Assembly: GCA_965215565.1 (NCBI GenBank)
Contig: CBDCDZ010000004.1
Location: 608,001-672,000, forward strand
Reading direction: 5' to 3'
Origin: Trueperaceae bacterium
Lineage (GTDB): Bacteria; Deinococcota; Deinococci; Deinococcales; Trueperaceae
Length of the DNA: 64,000 nt
Under the pieces are notes generated by a model, which was not told the origin of the DNA, did no database searches, and saw nothing but the letters and a program-made list of their open reading frames with translations. Position numbers and translations under genes: made by a program. This document shows positions 58,906-64,000 of this stretch, one piece after another (the first letter of the stretch is position 1; every line of letters begins with the position of its first letter).

Positions 58906-59059
58906 TAGCAGGTCTCAGGCGAAGCCGTCCCGCTAGGCTTTGCCTGAGAGCGGAACCTCATCTGGTCCGAAACACGCTCGCTGTAGAAAACATTGATAAG
59001 CACCCACTTTCGGAGATGAGAACTGCGGCAGTCTGCCTCAGTATGGTTTGGAACTGCTA
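58906..59059. repeat. Repeat family B, long-form ends, with a module inserted in its left end
   Basis: TAGCAGGT[insert]TCATCTGG...GGAACTGCTA with a TTT duplication. Confidence 0.78.
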
Positions 59060-59093
59060 TTTCATCAGAAACCACCTGTGTTAAACCTTAGAG

Positions 59094-59873
59094 ATGTCTA
59101 CTCACGCAACCTCTACGTCGACCTCTCAAAACGTCGACCTCATGCTCATCGTCCCCCACCCCGACGATGAAGTTTTTAGCTGCGGTGGGATTTTCACCAA
59201 GATGGCAGACGCAAGCAGGCGCGTCGCTACAGTGACGCTCACAAGGGGCGGCGCAGGGCGCACGTTAGGGATATGCCCGCAAGCCGAACTGCCGAATGTG
59301 CGCGAGGCAGAGCTTCGCGCGTCGTTGGACGCTTTAGGCGTCGGCGACGTGCACATCTTCGACTACCCCGACTTCGTCCCGGCGGCGGACAGGGGCATGG
59401 CGACGAACAGAGGGCTCGCGGGCGAAAGCGAGGAAGAGGTCGCGGCGCGCCTTATTTCACTTTTGGAAACCCATAAGCCGAGGGCGCTCATCACCTTTCC
59501 GCCGAACGGCGCGAACGGTCATCCTGACCACGTCGCTACAAATCAACTTGTACTGAAAGCGTTGAAAGACGCGGAACACGAGGTTGAGTCTCTCTATTAC
59601 TTCGCCGCCGAAAAACCCTATAGCGGCGCGGCGAGGGAGGGTTTTTTGAGCCCGGAAGAGATTCGCGCCTCGCACCTGCCGCCCACACACGTTTTCGACG
59701 CGAGCCCCTTTGTAGAGAACAAACTGCGGGCGATGGGACAGCACGAAACGCAGGCGCGGAGCGTCTTGACCTTTATGCGCTCCTTTCCGCGCCGCCTACT
59801 CGCCGAGTCCTTTCACCGCGCTAAGCCCGACTACCCCGAGAGCGAGGGTCCGAGGACGGTGGCTTGGTTATAG
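59094..59873 (+). CDS. PIG-L/LmbE deacetylase (BshB2-like)
   Basis: PHPDDE, R.AEL, GHPDH and HETQ motifs. Confidence 0.9.
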   Translation: MSTHATSTSTSQNVDLMLIVPHPDDEVFSCGGIFTKMADASRRVATVTLTRGGAGRTLGICPQAELPNVREAELRASLDALGVGDVHIFDYPDFVPAADRGMATNRGLAGESEEEVAARLISLLETHKPRALITFPPNGANGHPDHVATNQLVLKALKDAEHEVESLYYFAAEKPYSGAAREGFLSPEEIRASHLPPTHVFDASPFVENKLRAMGQHETQARSVLTFMRSFPRRLLAESFHRAKPDYPESEGPRTVAWL

Positions 59874-59874
59874 G

Positions 59875-59930
59875 GAGCAATGAGTACCGAGCAATGAGTC
59901 TAAAGGTTTTCACTCATTGCTCGTTGCTAC
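59875..59930. repeat. Repeat family C hairpin
   Basis: GAGCAATGAGT (twice)...ACTCATTGCTC. Confidence 0.7.
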
Positions 59931-60025
59931 TTCCTCCTCTATGAAACACCTCATTCGACTTCACATTTTGTCCTTCCAAATGAAATGCCTTGCAGCGTCA
60001 TGAAAGAGGCGTGCTAGGCTAACTT

Positions 60026-61438
60026 ATGTTCTTTCGCCGCTCTCCGACTGCTGAACTCGAGCCCGCCCGCCGTGCGCTCGCTGAGGGGCGTTACGAGGCG
60101 GCGCTGGCGCTCCTGGAGGGCGCGGCGAAGCGGGGACGGCAGCGCAGCGTTCAGGCGCAGTTGGAACTGCACATCGCGGCGACGTATGCGCTTTACGGTG
60201 AGGGCGGTCTGGAGGGGGGGCTGGGACACCTCGCGGACGCCGCTCACGCGGACGCCGCCGTCGCCCACACCCCGCTCTACCGGGCGCTCTACTGGGAATT
60301 CGCAGCGTACCGGGGCGAAGCGGCGGGCGACGTGAAGCGGGGCGCGGCTGCGGCGGCTGAGGCGGGCGAAGGCGTCGCGACGTATCACGCGGCGAGCGCC
60401 CTCACCGCGGTTCACGCCTTTAAGCGCGCCGCGCAGGTGCTTTTAGAGGTGGACCCGGGGACGCTGCCCGACTACCTCAAGTGGCGCTACTGGTCCCTGC
60501 TGGGGCGCAGCTACGAGGCGCGCGGGCGCTTTGAGGAAGCGTCGGACGCTTTCGAGCGGTCTGCCGCGCTAAGTCAAGGCGCGGACACGTTCGGTGAACT
60601 GCTCAACTTAGCGGCCAACCGCTTAGAGGCGCATCAGCCTATCGGAGCGTTAGAAGCCCTGGAACGTGCCCAACATACTGCCCCTTCCGAAAGCGCCGCT
60701 GACGGGGCGGTGCAGCGCTACCTGACCGGGCGCGCCCACCTCTCCCTCGGCAACCCAAACACCGCGCTGAACCTCTTTTTAGAGGCGAGTGTGTTGGAGA
60801 GCGCTACTGGCGAGCCCTCGTTCAGCTTGCAGCTCGCTTTAGGTCAAACTTATAGCGCGCTCGGCAAGACGCGCCGCGCCGAGGAGCGCTACCAGGAAGC
60901 GGTGCAGCTCGCCTCCAAGCGCCAGCGCGCCCTCGCGCTCCATGAATACGCGCTGGTGATGCTGGAAGCGGACAACTTAGAACGCGCGAAAGAGCTGCTC
61001 ACGCGAGCCGCGAGCGACGAACATTACGACTACCACGCCGAAGTCTACGCCGACCTGGCCGACGTTGAACTCAAGCTCGGCAACTTGCGCGCCGCGAGCA
61101 GTCTCGCGCACCGCGCCCTCGACTTGGGCGCTACTGCGCCCGCCTGTTTGACGCTCGGCAGCGTCGCCCACGAGTACTACCGCTTCGACGAGGCGATCGG
61201 CTGGTTCGAAAAGGCGGCGAGCGCGAGCATAGAGGGTCAGCACGAGTGGGTGTTCGCTAAAGAGATGCTCGTCGACAGCTTTGTGCAGCAAGGCTATAAG
61301 TACCCCGACAGAATCATCCACCACGCTGAAGCCGCCCTGCGCTATCTGCCCCCAGCGAGCGAGTGGACGCTGCTCTTGCAGGGCTACATCATGCGCGCGA
61401 AAACGCTCCTAGGCGGGTATCAAAGGATGCTGAATTAG
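60026..61438 (+). CDS. Tetratricopeptide repeat protein
   Basis: Repeated LG..Y..G....A helical units. Confidence 0.8.
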   Translation: MFFRRSPTAELEPARRALAEGRYEAALALLEGAAKRGRQRSVQAQLELHIAATYALYGEGGLEGGLGHLADAAHADAAVAHTPLYRALYWEFAAYRGEAAGDVKRGAAAAAEAGEGVATYHAASALTAVHAFKRAAQVLLEVDPGTLPDYLKWRYWSLLGRSYEARGRFEEASDAFERSAALSQGADTFGELLNLAANRLEAHQPIGALEALERAQHTAPSESAADGAVQRYLTGRAHLSLGNPNTALNLFLEASVLESATGEPSFSLQLALGQTYSALGKTRRAEERYQEAVQLASKRQRALALHEYALVMLEADNLERAKELLTRAASDEHYDYHAEVYADLADVELKLGNLRAASSLAHRALDLGATAPACLTLGSVAHEYYRFDEAIGWFEKAASASIEGQHEWVFAKEMLVDSFVQQGYKYPDRIIHHAEAALRYLPPASEWTLLLQGYIMRAKTLLGGYQRMLN

Positions 61439-61493
61439 CGCCTCAGTTTAGAGCGTGTCCCTCAACTTTGGGCCGACACGTTAGACTGAGCAC

Positions 61494-63053
61494 ATGGAAG
61501 GTCTCCTCATCGCCGAGCAGCTCAGGATGCTCGAGCCTCAGCTTCCCGCCTCACGCTACGCCTGGCGTTTCCCCGACCCTTACACCTTCGTCTTACCTCT
61601 TCAAAAAGGCGCGCTCTGGCTCTACAACAAGCCGCCGAACCCGCGCGCGGCGTTCAAGGACGAGGTGCCTCCAGCGAGAGGGTCGCACACCGGCTTTCAG
61701 GATTTGTTGGTAGCGAGGGCTTCGGGCAGGCTCGAGGGCGTAACCCAACCCAAGCTCGACCGCGCCCTGTCGCTCCACTTCGCCGCCGCCGAGGGCTTCG
61801 TCAGCACGCCGCCCGTGGTGCTCATCGCCGAACTGACCGGGCGCAACTGCAACCTTATCCTGACGGATACGGACGGACTCATCCTGGGCGTTGCGAGAGA
61901 AGTCACCTCTGAGATCAACCGCTTCCGCCAGCTCCGCGCCGGTCTGCGCTATCAGCCGCCGCCGCCATACGAAAAGTTGGACCCAAGAACCGTGCCAGAC
62001 GAAGCGCTCAAAGAGGCGCTGGCAGGGCGCACCTTAAATAATGTCCGCAAAGTCGTGGACGGCGTCGGACCGGACCTCACGCGGGCGCTGTCGCTGCAAA
62101 CGGGCTTTGCGAAAGATTACAGAGTAGAGGGCGCGGACGCGGACACGCTCCTAGCCGCCCTGCGCCGCCTCGCGAAAGAGCCGAGCGGCGTGATGCGCGA
62201 GGTGGTGGGACTGCCCGACCTCGAGACGGTGCGCGAGACGGAGGCGCGCGACCTCAAGCTCCAGCGGCTCAGGAGCGCGCTGGAGAAGCAGCGCCACCTT
62301 TTGGAGAAGCGCTTAGACGACATCGAGAAGACGCGCAGAGCCGCCGCCGAAACGGACGCGCTGCGCGCTCAGGCGGACGTGCTCATGGCGTTTCAAAAGC
62401 AGGTGCCGCCGCACGCGGATGAGGTGACGCTGACTGGCTTTGCGGGAGAAACGCTCAACATTGAACTCGAGCCCCGCTTGGACGCTATCGGCAACGCCCA
62501 AGCTCTTTATGAGCGGGCCAAGAAGCGCGAGCAGCGGCAGACCCAAGCGGAAGCGAGGGAGGAAGACATCTTTACTGAGCTGGAAAAAGTGGAGGATTTA
62601 TTGGAAGAATTGGCGTCCCTCTCCCCCACCCGCTTAGACGACCTCTCCGAAACCTACATTGTTAAACCAAAAAAACAGGTGAGGGCACAGCCCGGTATTC
62701 GCTATAAAAGCCCGCAAGGGTATAACGTCCTCGTTGGACGCAACTCCCGCGACAACGACACCATCACCTTTCGCTTGGCACGGAGCCGCGACGTATGGCT
62801 GCACGTGCAGGGCTACACGGGCTCACACGTCGTCGTTCAGGCGGAGAATAAAGAGGTTCCCTTCGAGACCGTGCTCTACGCCGCGCAGCTCGCCGCTGCG
62901 TACTCCAAAGCGGGAGGGTCTGACAACGTACCTGTAGACTACACCCTTAAAAAAAACGTCTGGAAACCCAAAGGTGCGCCCGCTGGCGCGGTGAATTTCA
63001 CCCAGCAGAAAACGGTCTACGTCACGCCGAGCCGCCGCCCCGAGGCGGTCTAA
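61494..63053 (+). CDS. rqcH: RqcH/FbpA (NFACT) ribosome quality control protein
   Basis: MEG start, ELTGRNCN, GRNSRDND, WLHVQGYTGSHV, AAAYS and VDYT. Confidence 0.92.
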   Translation: MEGLLIAEQLRMLEPQLPASRYAWRFPDPYTFVLPLQKGALWLYNKPPNPRAAFKDEVPPARGSHTGFQDLLVARASGRLEGVTQPKLDRALSLHFAAAEGFVSTPPVVLIAELTGRNCNLILTDTDGLILGVAREVTSEINRFRQLRAGLRYQPPPPYEKLDPRTVPDEALKEALAGRTLNNVRKVVDGVGPDLTRALSLQTGFAKDYRVEGADADTLLAALRRLAKEPSGVMREVVGLPDLETVRETEARDLKLQRLRSALEKQRHLLEKRLDDIEKTRRAAAETDALRAQADVLMAFQKQVPPHADEVTLTGFAGETLNIELEPRLDAIGNAQALYERAKKREQRQTQAEAREEDIFTELEKVEDLLEELASLSPTRLDDLSETYIVKPKKQVRAQPGIRYKSPQGYNVLVGRNSRDNDTITFRLARSRDVWLHVQGYTGSHVVVQAENKEVPFETVLYAAQLAAAYSKAGGSDNVPVDYTLKKNVWKPKGAPAGAVNFTQQKTVYVTPSRRPEAV

Positions 63054-63074
63054 CGGTACGCGGTCCTGCAAGTA

Positions 63075-63185
63075 AAGCAAATAACATAAATACTGGGTTT
63101 GAATCACGCAAGTATCATTTTCTAAAGTGCGTGCTAAACTGTGTTCTCTCTTCTCAGATTGGCTCAAACCAAATGATACTTGCTA
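63075..63185. repeat. Repeat family B, short form (reverse orientation)
   Basis: Ends GATTGGCTCAAACCAAATGATACTTGCTA. Confidence 0.8.
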
Positions 63186-63470
63186 TACGTGGCTGATTCT
63201 ATAGAGTGAATCTTCTCAGAGCGGACCCGCGGTGCGCCTCAGCGCCGAAAGTGCAGGCGACGAGCAAGGGGAGGCGCGAGCGCCCCGGTTCAGTGCGGTA
63301 TATCACACCAGTGAGAAACTTTACATATGAGTAGGGGTACTGCGACGGTATAGTTGTACCAGGTAAGCAAGCCACCTTTGCAGTCGCCGCGCTTTCACCC
63401 TACTTCTTTGCGCGCCTGTAACGAGGACATCGACACCGCAAGATAGACCTAAAGGAGTAGCTTTCCTCTC

Positions 63471-64000
63471 ATGCTGTCACCACCCGACCACCAAGCGTCG
63501 CCACTCTTCGAGCGCAAGTACTACGTGGCGCTGGCGCTCTTTGGCATCACAGCGGCGCTGACCGAGCTGCTCTTTTTAGGGGGAGAATCGCCCTTAGGTT
63601 CGGTTTTTCTAGGCCTATTTATCGTGTTTAACTTAGGGCTTTTGGTCCTGCCACGCAGGTGGCTGGGGCGGCGTCTTTATGAGAGTTTGCCCTACGCCTA
63701 CTTCGGGTTGCTCTTCCCACTCTGGCTCGTGGCGCTCTACGGGATCGACCAAGATATCTACGCGCTCGTCGGGCTCCTCTCCATCAAGGTCTATCTCACG
63801 GTCTACTACGCGCTGACCTTTCTTATCCTCCCGCCGCCCAAAGCGCTTCGCTTTACGCTGCTCGTCCTCGCTGTGTTCGTCGCCTCGAGCCTGCCTAGCG
63901 TCGCCACCGCAAGTTTAACGAGCATCAACTTACTCATCCCCCTCACGATGACGCTCGCGCATGTCATGCTGATTTTCGCCCTCAACGCCTTTGCCCGCCT
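63471..64000 (+). CDS. Multi-pass membrane protein, truncated by the window end
   Basis: AAGGAG upstream of ATG 63471; frame open to 64000 with about 6 hydrophobic segments. Confidence 0.7.
   Translation, partial: MLSPPDHQASPLFERKYYVALALFGITAALTELLFLGGESPLGSVFLGLFIVFNLGLLVLPRRWLGRRLYESLPYAYFGLLFPLWLVALYGIDQDIYALVGLLSIKVYLTVYYALTFLILPPPKALRFTLLVLAVFVASSLPSVATASLTSINLLIPLTMTLAHVMLIFALNAFAR

Overview
Chromosomal window from a Deinococcota bacterium, probably Trueperaceae-like. This is an inference from gene content, many leaderless-type promoters and Deinococcus-style small intergenic repeats. Housekeeping genes (recN, nrnA, ispH, lepA, ftsE, exbB/exbD, trpE/trpG/trpD, lpdA, rraA, rqcH, tRNA-Ile) are interleaved with accessory genes and with several families of nested MITE/REP-like repeats. 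The standout is an apparently intact, compact IS110 element (30753-31876) inserted into the end of the most abundant repeat family. Its non-coding end contains a readable bridge-RNA-like structure. The target guides match that repeat's terminus, the donor guides match the circularised IS junction, and the junction recreates TTGACA-N18-TATATT. Other notable points: a TonB/TolA-like protein ending in a DUF3048 domain; small modules that repeatedly occupy the same GT(A)TCAT motif; a lipoprotein gene and an IS5/ISL2 transposase broken by precisely removable insertions; decaying HicAB/VapC modules; a three-gene deletion scar including a STAND-like ATPase fragment; a shared xTGG repeat on three exported proteins; and a candidate sRNA. 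All calls were made by eye without database searches.
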